Source of the DNA: a virus
DNA: 64,000 bases
Direction: 5' to 3' (one strand)
Virus record (IMG/VR): IMGVR_UViG_3300042484_002041
Location: 32,001-96,000 of that record
In this document: one piece after another, positions 26,469 to 38,597 of the stretch
How positions within the stretch are numbered: position 1 is the first letter of the stretch
Layout: every line of letters begins with the position of its first letter
Translations under genes and position numbers: made by a program
The notes under the pieces: generated by a model
Seen by the model: only the letters and a program-made list of their open reading frames with translations
Database searches by the model: none
Told to the model about the DNA's origin: nothing

Positions 26469-27542
26469 ATGAGAGAATACATAGTTTTTGATTATAAACC
26501 AACTGACAAGCGCAATTCAATTTGGCGCAATTCAATTTGGTTTGAGTTAAACAACTCTTCTTACCGAATGGTAGGATTTGAACACCGAGGTCAAATCAAT
26601 TTTTGTTGTAATCCTAGTGAAATACTTCGAACGCAACACCACACAATGCTGAGCCTTGATATCTTTCATAATTATGAAAATCAAGGGAAAGTACTAACAT
26701 CAAAAGCAAATGATCACAGTGACATTATAATAACCAATGTCGTAGATCCTAGAATTCAGCATAAAAATATTGTGTTTAGTGACTTTTTGTTTAATCGAAC
26801 AAAAGCTTACTATAGCCAATATCCATTTAACGCCGGCACTACACCTTGGTATCATGCCGGCACTAATGCGTACATCAACCCCCCATTAACCCGTGCTGAC
26901 AACAAGAAGCTTATTTTTGTAGCGGCTTGTAGAACTCATATTGGCAAGAGAATTTATCGAACTCGATTAGCAAAGCTGCTAGAAAGTTATAAACAGCTAG
27001 GCCATCTTGGGCTCGGCGACAACACAATAAATTCGTTATATTCTCACTCAGACTTTCCCAATCATAGCTTAACACAGCTCGACCACGAAAAAAAGACTTA
27101 TTGCAAACGTATTGTCAAGTGGGGCGAAGAATATGCAGCATATTCTGGGTACAACCCACCGCACAATGAATACTACAAGAACACGTTTATCAGTATCTAT
27201 GGAGAAACTATAGAATTTGGGCTAACCACTGCTGTAACAGAAAAAACCTGGGATCCGCTGATCAAAGGGCATTTTATATTGCCGTTTAGCAATGCAGGGT
27301 TTATTGGATATCTTCAGAGTATTGGCATTCAGTTTCCGGACTTTATTAATTACAGTTACGATACCATAATCGACGATGAAAAAAGATTCGCAGCATACAG
27401 CGACGAAGTAAAACGGTTACTGGCACTGGACTTGGACGCCTGGCGAGCGCTGTGGGACAACAATCTGCACACACTGCTGGCCAACAAGAGATATTTCTAT
27501 AACCGAGACTATCATAGAATAGATTTAGAGCAATTTCTATGA
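26469..27542 (+). CDS. glycosyltransferase-like protein (ET...TEKT..P family)
   Basis: ISIYGET...VTEKTWDPLIKGH..LPF...YSYDTI, GT10-like C-terminal motif. Confidence 0.55.
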   Translation: MREYIVFDYKPTDKRNSIWRNSIWFELNNSSYRMVGFEHRGQINFCCNPSEILRTQHHTMLSLDIFHNYENQGKVLTSKANDHSDIIITNVVDPRIQHKNIVFSDFLFNRTKAYYSQYPFNAGTTPWYHAGTNAYINPPLTRADNKKLIFVAACRTHIGKRIYRTRLAKLLESYKQLGHLGLGDNTINSLYSHSDFPNHSLTQLDHEKKTYCKRIVKWGEEYAAYSGYNPPHNEYYKNTFISIYGETIEFGLTTAVTEKTWDPLIKGHFILPFSNAGFIGYLQSIGIQFPDFINYSYDTIIDDEKRFAAYSDEVKRLLALDLDAWRALWDNNLHTLLANKRYFYNRDYHRIDLEQFL

Positions 27543-28303
27543 ACATATTAATGTTGGGCTGTAGTGTCGGAGTTCCTAATTATGCGTATGGTATAATACC
27601 AAAAAAACCCACACGACAAAGGTGGACCGCACCCCGAAACACAACACCAACTGACGCTCATATTGAGTTCTTGCTGCGCAGCCGTGGATATAACGTCGTT
27701 AACTGTTCACAAAATGACAGCAGTAATTTAAACAGTTTAGATCGAGCAAGAAAATTATTAGCCGGTGAAGCTGTAACACATCCCAAATACAATACTGATG
27801 GTGTTGATCGAGATACAATAAAACTAGAACATCCGCCGGGCAACATTGATTGGGTGATTTGGTTTCACACCGAACTTGCCCGAGACGCTAGTGATGCTGA
27901 ACTTGCCCGATACCCTATAATAAATCTGCTCAACAATACTGCCGAGATTGTGTACCGTGCATATGCGCAGTTTATACAAGAGCTTGGCGCCCAGGTGGCT
28001 GTCATCGGCGGTGCCGGCGATGTATTGCCTAGCATGTACCGCCATATACAACCTACCTTCTGTATACCAAGTTGGCGCAGCTATATTTTTAAAGAGTCGT
28101 TGCCCTCAATGAACTTTCTTAGTAGATTAGAAAAATTCAATCTTATTGCAGACACCACAGAAAACAAGATGTTGATGCTACAACAACAAGAGATCGTAAG
28201 GGCCAAGTTGGCTGCTAGCGACCTCTTCCCCGATAATAACCATCCCGGGGAAGTGCCGCATCGTGAGCTAGCAGGGTTATTACACCGCGTGTTTCAAGCT
28301 TGA
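27539..28303 (+). CDS. SGNH-like protein
   Basis: LGCSVG, SSN, DNNHPG. Confidence 0.55.
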   Translation: MNILMLGCSVGVPNYAYGIIPKKPTRQRWTAPRNTTPTDAHIEFLLRSRGYNVVNCSQNDSSNLNSLDRARKLLAGEAVTHPKYNTDGVDRDTIKLEHPPGNIDWVIWFHTELARDASDAELARYPIINLLNNTAEIVYRAYAQFIQELGAQVAVIGGAGDVLPSMYRHIQPTFCIPSWRSYIFKESLPSMNFLSRLEKFNLIADTTENKMLMLQQQEIVRAKLAASDLFPDNNHPGEVPHRELAGLLHRVFQA

Positions 28304-28337
28304 CCATTAATTCCCGTTGTGCTATACTGTGTAATAT

Positions 28338-28802
28338 ATGCCCTGGATTCAGAACATTTCGCTAGAAGACATTAACTTGGGTCGCCATATCGAGCCCGGA
28401 GTCAACGCCATGCTGATTCAGATCATGGATCCTCCAGGCGACTTCCCTGATCCGTTGCCCACGGTCAAGTTTAAAGAAACACATCAGTTCCAGTTCTTTG
28501 ATGTAGAGGAAACAGATCCTGTGCCAGATGAAGAAATGCGTTGCAGCCCGGATCAGGCAGCCCGGCTGGTGCAACTGTTACAGCGCGCCTTGGCCAATCG
28601 AATGCATGTGATAGTGCACTGCCACGCAGGTGTGTGCAGGAGTGGCGCTGTGGCCGAGGTGGGTGTCATGCTGGGCTTTGACGATGCCGAAGCTTTTCGC
28701 AGTCCTAACCTGTTGGTCAAGCACCGCATGTTGGCTGCGCTGGGCTGGCCCTACGACAAACACGAGCCCTGCACCATAAACGGCGTCCCGTTCAGCGGTT
28801 GA
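28338..28802 (+). CDS. protein-tyrosine/dual-specificity phosphatase-like protein
   Basis: VHCHAGVCRS (HCx5R); own promoter 28300-28328. Confidence 0.8.
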   Translation: MPWIQNISLEDINLGRHIEPGVNAMLIQIMDPPGDFPDPLPTVKFKETHQFQFFDVEETDPVPDEEMRCSPDQAARLVQLLQRALANRMHVIVHCHAGVCRSGAVAEVGVMLGFDDAEAFRSPNLLVKHRMLAALGWPYDKHEPCTINGVPFSG

Positions 28803-28859
28803 CCATTAATTCCCGTTGTGCTATAATGTATTTACTGTAGCAAAACGGAGCAAGAAATG
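28799..28859 (+). promoter_or_regulatory. sigma70 promoter plus conserved UTR module, copy 3
   Basis: TTGACC-17-TATAATGTATTTACTGTAGCAAAACGGAGCAAGAAATG. Confidence 0.85.
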
Positions 28860-29204
28860 GCTTATATTCTTTTTCATCGCACTACTGGCCGGCGCATCAA
28901 GAGCTATCCTACACTGAGCGGCGCTCGGCGCGGCATGACAGTTTCCAACAAGAACGCAGGTTGGGAAATGGTGTGCAAAATATGGTACGGTGCAGTCGAG
29001 AGCCAGCATGGTCGCTGCCACAATGCACGGCCGGCCTCTTATGGGGCGGCTCCGTACAGTCTGGCACACGAAGCTGATTACCAAAAGCTTTACGGCAACC
29101 AGACTCGGACTGTGCATAACTTGATGACCGGTGCACTGGTAGAAGAAGACATCAACACCCCTTTTGCTTGCAGCGTGTCTAGCGAATCATACTGGAGTAG
29201 CTGA
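28857..29204 (+). CDS. phage hypothetical protein
   Basis: NLMTG...TPFACSVSSESYWS C-terminal motif. Confidence 0.65.
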   Translation: MAYILFHRTTGRRIKSYPTLSGARRGMTVSNKNAGWEMVCKIWYGAVESQHGRCHNARPASYGAAPYSLAHEADYQKLYGNQTRTVHNLMTGALVEEDINTPFACSVSSESYWSS

Positions 29205-30292
29205 CATGAAAACACGGATTGAGATCTTGGCTGAACAGGCCACAGAAATAGATCCCAATGCTCTAGAAGGTGCCGTTGGACCCGGAGTGTTTAACAAAGA
29301 AAAGTTTGCCGAACTGCTCATACACGAGTGCGCCGAGGTGGGTGCATACTATGGCAACAACGTTCGATATTTGATCCTTGATAACTTTGGACTCAAGCCA
29401 TGACTCAAAATCAACAACTCTTTATCAACGGCATCTGCTCTGCTATAGTGTCAGGCGATTTTGCCATGTTCACTAACCCGGCCAATTGCGGCGCTAACTT
29501 TAAGTGGGACGAGTTCGCTGACATGATGGCAGAACGGTGTCGCACTGATATCTTTATGTATGTCAAGTTGACCAAGAAGAACACTGCAGAAGTACAGGCT
29601 CATGCAGAACTAGTTGGACGCAGGGTTGCTACAGAATTGCTGTGGAGAGCGAGGACGGTATGAACGAAAAGATTCGACAACTTGCCAAGTGCAATGAACG
29701 TATCCAAAACTTTTTTGAAACAGGGCCGGTGCAACGTGCTGCTATCGAGGAGTTCGCCGAACTGATTGTTCGGGAATGTGCTCATTTAGTTGACACTCTT
29801 AACGAAGCATACGGAGCACCTAGCACTGCTGGGAAATTTATCAAACAACAGTTCGGAGTTAAGGAATGAAAACAGAATTTGAAATGACCCTGTGGGATGA
29901 TGAGGAAACAGAAAAAAACTTGACGATACTAAATCGTCTTGAGGCATTGTTTGATCACTCAAAGAACACTTTGCCCAAAGATTATTTTTGGTTCAGCGAT
30001 AATTTGCCAGTGGGTTCTCGGGTGAAAATTACATTTGAGGTGATTGAATGAACGCACGAATCACAGCAATTATGCAAAAATGTTTTGACATCACGATTGA
30101 TCAGCGCGGCCGCGAAGAATGCACCGCGGACTACGCCAACATCCAGATGTTTGTTCAACTGATCGGGTTGGAGTGTATCAAGGAAATTGAAACTGCCGCT
30201 TATCACGATTCGTGTGAGGACTGGGAGTATGGTTATAACTCTGGGTTACGCAAAGCAAAAGAGTTGATTGTTAAACACTTTGAGGTGGAAGA

Positions 30293-30658
30293 ATGAGTGC
30301 GTGGAGTCATCTGCCTAACGCGGCACATATTGATCGTGTAATTGAATCCTCAAACTCATATCCTGAAGTTTGGAATGTGGCTTATGATTCGGCTTGGGAT
30401 GCGGCTTGGGATGCGGCTTGGGATGCGGCTTATACTGCGGCTCGGGATGCGGCTCGGGATGCGGCTTATACTGCGGCTTGGGATGCGGCTCGGAATGCGG
30501 TTTTGGCATTTATTGCATACGATGATGCTGCCAACTACCTGGCTATGCCTAGTGATCAATTGAAGGCCTGGGCTATACTGAGTGAAAACCCAGCGGCGAT
30601 CTTATTGTTGCCTGTAGTAATCGCATATGAACGAATTAGTGAATGGGAGTTGGCATGA
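30293..30658 (+). CDS. protein with AAWDAA/AARDAA tandem repeats
   Basis: 12-nt tandem unit GCGGCTTGGGAT and variants at about 30390-30498. Confidence 0.75.
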   Translation: MSAWSHLPNAAHIDRVIESSNSYPEVWNVAYDSAWDAAWDAAWDAAYTAARDAARDAAYTAAWDAARNAVLAFIAYDDAANYLAMPSDQLKAWAILSENPAAILLLPVVIAYERISEWELA

Positions 30659-33555
30659 ACGAACGAATTGAACAACTTGCCGATGAGGCCGGTGCCGATA
30701 TTTGGGGACACCAAGTAATGGCTAGTCGGCATTTTGATATAGAAAAGTTCGCCGAACTTATTGTTCGGGAATGTGTCGACTTGTTGCCAGCTGATATGAC
30801 ACATGGCCCGGACAGTCGTCCGTTGTTGCAAGTATTCAAAGAACATTTCGGAGTTGCGGAATGACCGAGAAGATTAAACTACTAGCCGAACAGGCTGGGT
30901 TAGGTCAGGAACGATGGTCCACGACGGAACAGTTTAATTCTTTCCTAGACAAGTTCGGCGAACTGATTGTGGCAGAATGTGTAGGAATTATTGAATCTCA
31001 ACAAGTGCCAGTCGGTAACAGTCCGGCTGGCGAGATGGCGGCTGATTGGACAATAGCTGCGCTTAGTGAGTGTCGGACTGAAATAAAAGAACATTTCGGA
31101 GTCAAATGATGATTCGTGCGGCGGGTGATTATATCACCAACACCATAGCAACCCTGTTTATACTATGTGTTGTATTTGTACCACTAGGCATATGGAAACT
31201 TGCGGAAATAGCTATTTGGTGTTATAATCATATCAGTATCGGAATCAAGTGATGAACGAACGAATTGAACAGTGTTTATACCTGTCAGGGCTAACTGCAC
31301 AGGGATGCTGGGACGAATTGGATGATTATGCTAAACAGGGTATATACAAGTTCGCCGAACTTATTGTTCGGGAATGTTTAGCACAATGTTTAGCACAGGT
31401 TGATAAAGTAGATGAGATGCTTGAGGATGACAGCGAGAAAGCAGGCGTGGCCTGGGTAGGATATGCAATTGAAAAACATTTCGGAGTTGAAGAATGATTG
31501 AAGATCGTATTATTGACGACAAGATTATGTTGAAAGATTTACTAGCACAGGCTGTGTGCCTTGGTGTCAAGGCCGGTCGTGAAGAACTTGATTACACTAG
31601 TCGTGGTGCTTGGCATATTGCCGAAGACATTCTGAACGAGACGGAAGAAATTCTAAGTCACCGTGAACGCATAATGGGCTTTAGAACTATAGCTGTTCAA
31701 ATGGTAGAAAAATTAAATCTTTTGGCAGATCAAGAATGAGAACAGCATATTCCAGTTTGAAGTCGGGCAGAAAACCTAGTAAGCCTCAGGGCTATCTGAG
31801 GGATCCTACTCCTGAAGAATGGAAGAAAACAATGGATGAATATTACAAACAACAGTCACAAAGTAGATACAACGGCAATAGGGGACGGTGGTGAACGAAC
31901 GAATCAAACTCCCGGCTCAAGAATGGTTGGGATATGATCCAGAAAAAGGCGATCTTCATGGTTACACCGTTGAACAGATGCGAGAGTTCGCCGAGTTGAT
32001 TATTCAGGAATGTGTTGGAGTTGTGGAAGGTGGAAGGTTCCTACACACTCAGGCACCAACTGCTATCTTTGCTAAAGAGTGTAGTGATGCGATCAAACGA
32101 CATTTCGGAGTTTCAGAATGAACGAAAAATATATGGATTTACAACAAAAAGTGGTTTATGCAGTGCTAGAAATGCAGAAAGGCTCACCATTAACAGATTT
32201 CCTGACAGATAGCGAAATTGAAGAAGCACTAAGTATGTTCGCAGATGTGTTAATTTCTTTAGGTATTCAACTCAAAGGCGAAGAATGAACGACAGAATTC
32301 GTGAACTATACCAACAAGCCCATAGCATACGTCATTATGACGGTGATCCTATGCGTGAGGGTAATCCTCCTACTGTTTATTGGCAAGGTGAAAAGAGTGC
32401 TGAAAAGTTCGCCGAGCTGATTGTGCGGGAATGTGCCAATCATTGTGACCTACTGCTGGATCATAAGATTAGTTCAGAATGGTCAAGAGGAACACACGAT
32501 TGTTCCAGAGCGATTAAGAAACATTTCGGAGTTGAAGAATGAACGAACGAATTAAAGAACTTGTTCAACATGCTGTCTTAGCCGTTGATATTGTCACGGG
32601 AAATGAAGCACTAGATGATGAACTGGCTAAGATGTATATTCCTGATTGCTTTGCCGAAAAGTTCGCCGAGTTGATTGTGCGGGAATGCTTGAATCAATGC
32701 TATAATCGTGGTATGAACGATGAATTGTATGCTGGGCAACTCAATGCCGCATGGTATATTGAACAACATTTCGGAGTTGAAGAATGAACGAACGAATTCA
32801 ACAACTTGCACTTGAGGCATTTGATCCGATAAACGCATTGGCATCTGAAGGTGTGGCAGATCGCCACACCTTTGACCAAGCATGGTTCCAACTGTATAAC
32901 AAAAAGTTCGCCGAACTGATTGTTCAGGAATGTGGGACTGTAATCAATAGTGAAAATTATCGAGAACATTCTAAAGGTTGGAATAGCGCTATTGAATGGT
33001 CATTCGGTATGATTAAAGAACATTTCGGAGTTGAAGAATGATAACAATTAATCTTGAAGAAATTCCACAAGGTGTATTGGATGACATCGCTGATTGTGTT
33101 GAAGTAGTTACCTTTGAAAATTATATGAAACCGGTAACTGCTGAATGTGAACTCAGACGATCAAACTATCGTAGGTTCGTTGCCAACAATGTTGAAGGCT
33201 GGGCGTTAGATAGTAAAACTTTTGAATCTAAATTAATTACGGGAACTAAAATGGAATGTTATCTTGTTCGGGGTATTTTTACTGCCGATACCGCAGATAT
33301 CTATTCTGTCCTATCTGCTGGAATTGGGGTATCAAATTTCGGAGTTGAAGAATGAAACCCTATGCAGAAATCAAAGTGTTAGATGTTTATCAGAATCCTG
33401 TGACAGGATCAGAGTGGGCAGTGGTGGAGAAATCTGATTCTGAAAAGATGGTGCAACTCACCATGATTGGCAGCAACAATGATAAGCAGTATACAATGTG
33501 GAAGCGAAACACTGATAGAATTTTTAATTTTCCACAAGTGCAATACGGAAACTAG

Positions 33556-33939
33556 ATGACGAGTTCAGAAATCAAAGGCTTCTTCTACTTTGGTAACGTA
33601 CGGTGGCTGCCATATAGGCTGAGCATCAAAGATAAACTTTGGTGGAGATTCGTGCCCGGAGTTGTGATCAATGTAAAGTGGCCCAGTGGTAAGATTGTAG
33701 CAGGACCGGGGCCAGGCGATCCATTCTGGTGTGATTTGGGTGGAGCAAACTATATAACTTTTGATTCGGCGGACCCGAATGACCACTATCGCCCGGAACT
33801 TACTAAACTTGTTGGCAAACAAGGAATCCATTGGAACTGGGGTATGTCCGATAGGGATGTTACTGATAATCGTGTAACCATAAAGATCATAAAAAGCAAA
33901 GCAAAATACGCTTCATACTTTGCCATTAAATGGAATTGA
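33556..33939 (+). CDS. hypothetical phage protein
   Basis: ORF with SADPNDHYRP motif. Confidence 0.55.
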   Translation: MTSSEIKGFFYFGNVRWLPYRLSIKDKLWWRFVPGVVINVKWPSGKIVAGPGPGDPFWCDLGGANYITFDSADPNDHYRPELTKLVGKQGIHWNWGMSDRDVTDNRVTIKIIKSKAKYASYFAIKWN

Positions 33940-35557
33940 ATGATGAGCGGGCGATTTCGATTGACAATAAATCGCACCTGTGCTATAATAGCAGCTATAC
34001 AATGGAGTTGATGATGATTGATACTGAACAGATTTATTCACAGTGTGTGTACGATGTTGACAACAGGTATGTTACCCTGCGTTTGAAAAATTGTGGAGTT
34101 AGTCAAAGTGGTTCGTTTTGGCTCATAATGTCCGACACGTCCAACGACACTAAATTGGATCAAGAAATCTCAATCTTCTTGACTCCGGGTGATTTAAGAG
34201 AAGTCATTGCTAGTTTGACAGAGGCGTTAGAGAAAAATGAAAGAAGAAATTAAACTAATGTGGTCTGATCCACGCTTTCAAGTCTTGATCAATGTGCTAC
34301 ATCTCCTTGAGGGAGATAGAATTTGGGGCGGTATGGATTGGGTGTATCATCCTATTCCTTCTTTTAAGTATCTGCCCGTCAGGGACCAGGTTCGCCAAGC
34401 ATTGGATGCTGTTAAAGCAGAGTACGGAGTAGTAGAATGAACAACCAAAGACTCAAAGCCTTGCTTGAGGAAGTTGGATTTGTTGGGTATCGCAATGCCG
34501 CTGGATTTGTTAACGTCCCGGTCCCTGCTTTTATTAGTCAGATGGATCGATTCGCTGAACTGATTATTCAGGAATGTGCAAGAGTTGCGGTTGCAACACC
34601 CTGTCCAATCACAGATGAAGTCAGCCTGCAGTCTCAGGGACACACCTGGGACATGGCCACTATCGAAGCCGCCAGATCCATCAGACAACATTTTAAGGAT
34701 CAGCAATGAAATATACACTGTTTCTCTTGTTAGGATTCCTAATAGGATGTGGGCCATATGCAAAAGAAACACGCTGGCCTGTCATGCCCGATGGCCTGCA
34801 AGATTGTAAAATCTATAATCTATCTGATGGTAATGGTCATGCGATCACAGTTGCTCGTTGCCCGCTGTCAGCTACAACAGTGAAGAATTCAAATAAAATT
34901 CCCGCCACATCTATCACCATTGACCGCACAGAGGCAGCAAAATGATGAACAAACGAATTCGACAACTTGCCAACCAGTCTGGATTCAGTACTGAATTGTC
35001 AGAAGCAATGACCACACGTCATAATACAGCATCGGGACTTGAAAAGTTTGCCGAACAAATCGTTCTGGAATGCTGCCAGATGATGGTTGACTTGGAACGC
35101 AAGTATCCAGTCAACCTCACTGTGCGAGAGATTAAACAGCATTTTGGTATTACTGTTAAACAACATGCCGCCGCTGAGTGGCCAAAGGAACTATAATGCA
35201 CCTAACTAGAACTGACGTTGCAAAGATGTACGAGATCATGAGCTACTTTCCGGATGTGAGCCGCTTTGAGATCAATCAGGACGGCACATCCGGGATTGGC
35301 ACCGTGACCACCATGACCATGTTTGCCATAGTGAATGGCTACGAAGGTAAGTTTACTGTTGAAATTTCAGGAACGGAGAATTGGTAATGAAGATTCAATT
35401 TGACAAGAAGACCATGCCCGATGCGCTGTACAATGCACTGCTGCAACACTTTGTCAACGAGGCAGTGGGCTTGGGTGTAGAAGTAAACAAGTTTACCCAA
35501 TTCAACAACTGGGTTGTAGAGTGTGAAGTTGATGCAAAGAAACCAGTGCACTGATAA

Positions 35558-36598
35558 ATGAATCCATATCAAAGTCTGCCAGATTCTGCATTCTGGAAAC
35601 TAGCAGTATCAAGCAAAAGCATGTTTGATGTTGATAATTTATGGGACCCAAAGTTTGACATTCAATCAACTCAAGCCGTAGTAACTTTTGGATCTTGCTT
35701 TTCACAGCATATCGGTTCTGCATTGAAAGCTCGAGGATTTAACTGGCTGAGTACAGAGGCGGCCCCCTGGGGGCTAAGTAAAAAAAATTCTCGTTTGCTA
35801 AACTATGATATTTTCTCTGCGCGAACGGGTAACATCTATACAACATCTTTGTTAAGGCAATGGACCGAATGGGCACTGGGCATTTCTACTGTACCCGACG
35901 AAGTCTGGGTGAAAGATTCTCGCTACTACGACCCTTTTAGGCCGGTAATAGAACCCAATGGATTCGAATCCGAATCGGAAATGAGGCACTCGCAGGCCCA
36001 AGCCATACGGTCGTTTCGAGAAAGCATACTACAAGCCACATACTTTGTGTTTACGTTAGGCTTAACTGAAAGTTGGGTTAATCCACTGGGATATGAATAT
36101 CCCATGTGCCCGGGAACAGCAGCCGGAGAGTTTGATCCCGCTAAACACGAATTTAAGAACCAACAATTTTCGGAGATACTTCAAAATTTACAAAGTGTCA
36201 TATCAATGATGCAGCATGCAAATCCCAGTATCAAGTTTATCTTGACCGTATCACCAGTGCCGTTAACTGCTACTATGTCCAACCGACACGTGTTGGTTGC
36301 AACTACAGAAACAAAATCCATACTTCGCGCAGTTGCTGGCCAGTTAGCAACAAATAACGCACACATCGATTACTTCCCGGGCTACGAACTTGTTAATAGT
36401 CCGATCTTCAAGGGAATATTCTTTGAGCCAAATCAAAGAAATGTAAATCCATACGGAGTTAACTATGTCATGGATATTTTCCTTAAATGCTTAGAGAATA
36501 AATTTGGAAAGTGCCAAAATGCTTTAATCGACCTATTAGTCGAAGATACAGATGAAATATGCGAAGAAGAATTATTAGATGCATTTAAGGAAGGATGA
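35558..36598 (+). CDS. GSCFA-domain protein
   Basis: TFGSCFSQHI, FTLGLTESW, LTVSPVPL, YFPGYE. Confidence 0.85.
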   Translation: MNPYQSLPDSAFWKLAVSSKSMFDVDNLWDPKFDIQSTQAVVTFGSCFSQHIGSALKARGFNWLSTEAAPWGLSKKNSRLLNYDIFSARTGNIYTTSLLRQWTEWALGISTVPDEVWVKDSRYYDPFRPVIEPNGFESESEMRHSQAQAIRSFRESILQATYFVFTLGLTESWVNPLGYEYPMCPGTAAGEFDPAKHEFKNQQFSEILQNLQSVISMMQHANPSIKFILTVSPVPLTATMSNRHVLVATTETKSILRAVAGQLATNNAHIDYFPGYELVNSPIFKGIFFEPNQRNVNPYGVNYVMDIFLKCLENKFGKCQNALIDLLVEDTDEICEEELLDAFKEG

Positions 36599-37311
36599 TG
36601 AAGATTTGTGTTATAGGTAACAGTCATGTGGGATCATTAAAAAGAGGATGGGCCAACATTAATGGCAACTTTCCCGGAATAGAAGTTACATTCTTTGCCA
36701 ACCGAGGTCAGGGTCTTGATAGACTAGGTGTGTGCAATGGAAAACTTTCCCCGAGTGATGCTGTGATGACCCGAGCGCTTGAGGTAACGTCCGGGGGCAA
36801 GAATAATATTGATCCATCAGAGTATGATGTCATCCTTATTTACGGAGCAGGTACCACTGGTGTTAGAGTGGCCAATGATACCCAATTTTATTCAAGAGCA
36901 GTTATTGAAAGTATCTTAACTGACTCTATAATAACCACCACTGGTTTTAGAATCTTAAAAAAATTAAGGGCTATCACTGATAAAGTTATGTTTGTTGGAC
37001 ATGCACCGCTGCCGGCTGCTACTCAAATCTTATCCAACGTGCCGCCCAGTGATTTTATAGACAGAATAGAACGTATTAACAATCTGATTTATCGTCCACT
37101 CAATAGCAAACTAATAATGCAGCCGTTAAGCACTATCGTGAATGGAAATAGTACACATCCAGAGTTGTCAAAAGGATCTAAAAAATTATCAGTTGGCGAC
37201 AGCCAGGATGATCTAGATCATCCTGCAGATGATACTATACATATGAATGCTAGATTTGGCGAGATTTGGTTAACAGAATTTTTAAACAACTACTCCAAAG
37301 GGACCGACTGA
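36595..37311 (+). CDS. SGNH-like protein (partner of the GSCFA gene)
   Basis: IGNSH, DDTIHMN. Confidence 0.6.
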   Translation: MMKICVIGNSHVGSLKRGWANINGNFPGIEVTFFANRGQGLDRLGVCNGKLSPSDAVMTRALEVTSGGKNNIDPSEYDVILIYGAGTTGVRVANDTQFYSRAVIESILTDSIITTTGFRILKKLRAITDKVMFVGHAPLPAATQILSNVPPSDFIDRIERINNLIYRPLNSKLIMQPLSTIVNGNSTHPELSKGSKKLSVGDSQDDLDHPADDTIHMNARFGEIWLTEFLNNYSKGTD

Positions 37312-37428
37312 TGTAAAAGAACATAGCACTAAATATTGGTACTATGAAAAAATACTTGCCTAGATTCTCCTACTGGTCGGGCACAACTAACACTTGACAC
37401 GCAATTAGATTGCTGCTATAATATATAA

Positions 37429-37662
37429 ATGACAACTACAGCAATCCCGGCCAATGGAGTCGATGGCGTGTTGATCTGGGTGCATGGCCTAGACAGATTT
37501 ATGTTTAGAGTTTACAACCCAGATCACACATTCAAAGATTATGACATTGACCACAGTGACCTCTGCGTGACCATCAAAGATCAAGACGCTTACTTCTACA
37601 AACATGATAACGGGTTGCTGACTCTGGATCACAGTCCCGAAACATTAGGAAAAACACTATGA
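37429..37662 (+). CDS. hypothetical protein (leaderless)
   Basis: promoter 37394-37422, ATG 6 nt after the -10 box. Confidence 0.6.
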   Translation: MTTTAIPANGVDGVLIWVHGLDRFMFRVYNPDHTFKDYDIDHSDLCVTIKDQDAYFYKHDNGLLTLDHSPETLGKTL

Positions 37663-38597
37663 ATGACAGAGTCAAGACTCTAGCCGAGCAGGCCGGATTT
37701 AGTTTTTGGGGAGATTGTTTCTTTGTAACCGATCCCAAAAGCACCGGGCTTGCTGAACTAGAAAAGTTCAGCGCACTACTTCTGGATCAGTGCGCAGAAC
37801 TAGTGGGCGGGTATTACGACGAGAGAACTCAGCAGTGGGCAGGTCCCGCTATCAAAGAATATTTTGGGGTCAAGGAATGACTGATCTTGAACTGATGTTA
37901 AAACAACATGATTGGGGCACTGGCGGATACACAGATAGGCCCATGTTAGATAAACTAATCAAGGAAAATCCCGATTCAGGGCCGGCATTGTGGGAGCAAT
38001 ATTGTCCGTGGTCTGATACCAATGGTGGTTACATCATATGGACAACTCGTAGTTGAATCATGAACGCAAGGTTGGAGTCAAATCATGCCAGTTATTAAGA
38101 CCAGTCTAGCAGAAGTAATGAACGATGATCCTAATAGCCCTTTTTGGCAAGCTATGACTTCTACTCCGGCATTCAAACTGTTTGAAAAAGAACTTGACAA
38201 CATCATTGCTGTCAGTTTAAAGTACAATAAGCCATACAACGATCTTACCGCAGAGGAATTGAAGAATGGATAATCGTGCGTTAGTGTTTTCGATACTGGC
38301 AGGTCCAGCGCACTATGCTCACGAGACCGGTAAAGAGATGACCGCTATGATTCCAGGTGGGGTAGGTACACATCGTTGGCAACGTGTGCAGGAGAAAAAA
38401 ATGCTGCGAGCTGTTGATCAACATTTCGACATCATAATGCGGACGTTTACTATCGAGCAAGCGTCTCGTATTGCCAAGACTTGGTTAATACATTATCGAC
38501 TACCACTTGACCCATCTCGATTGAAAAATTTTGATTTGTTTCACGAAAGATGCGGGCCGTGGGTTTTAGAAAATGCCCAACACATCAAGGCTTATTA

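Larger units (their letters stand above)
29206..37880 (+). repeat. dispersed array of 13 modular paralogous small ORFs (MNERI/KFAELIVREC/HFGVEE)
   Basis: starts at 29206, 29660, 30048, 30655, 30861, 31252, 31891, 32285, 32539, 32784, 34437, 34945, 37659; shared DNA blocks ATGAACGAACGAATT, AAGTTCGCCGA.CT.ATTGT.CGGGAATG, CATTTCGGAGTTGAAGAATGA. Confidence 0.85.

Noticed and set aside
29206-37880. Diversity-generating retroelement or integron
   Set aside because: No reverse transcriptase, no adenine-specific TR/VR pair, no integrase and no attC-like palindromes.
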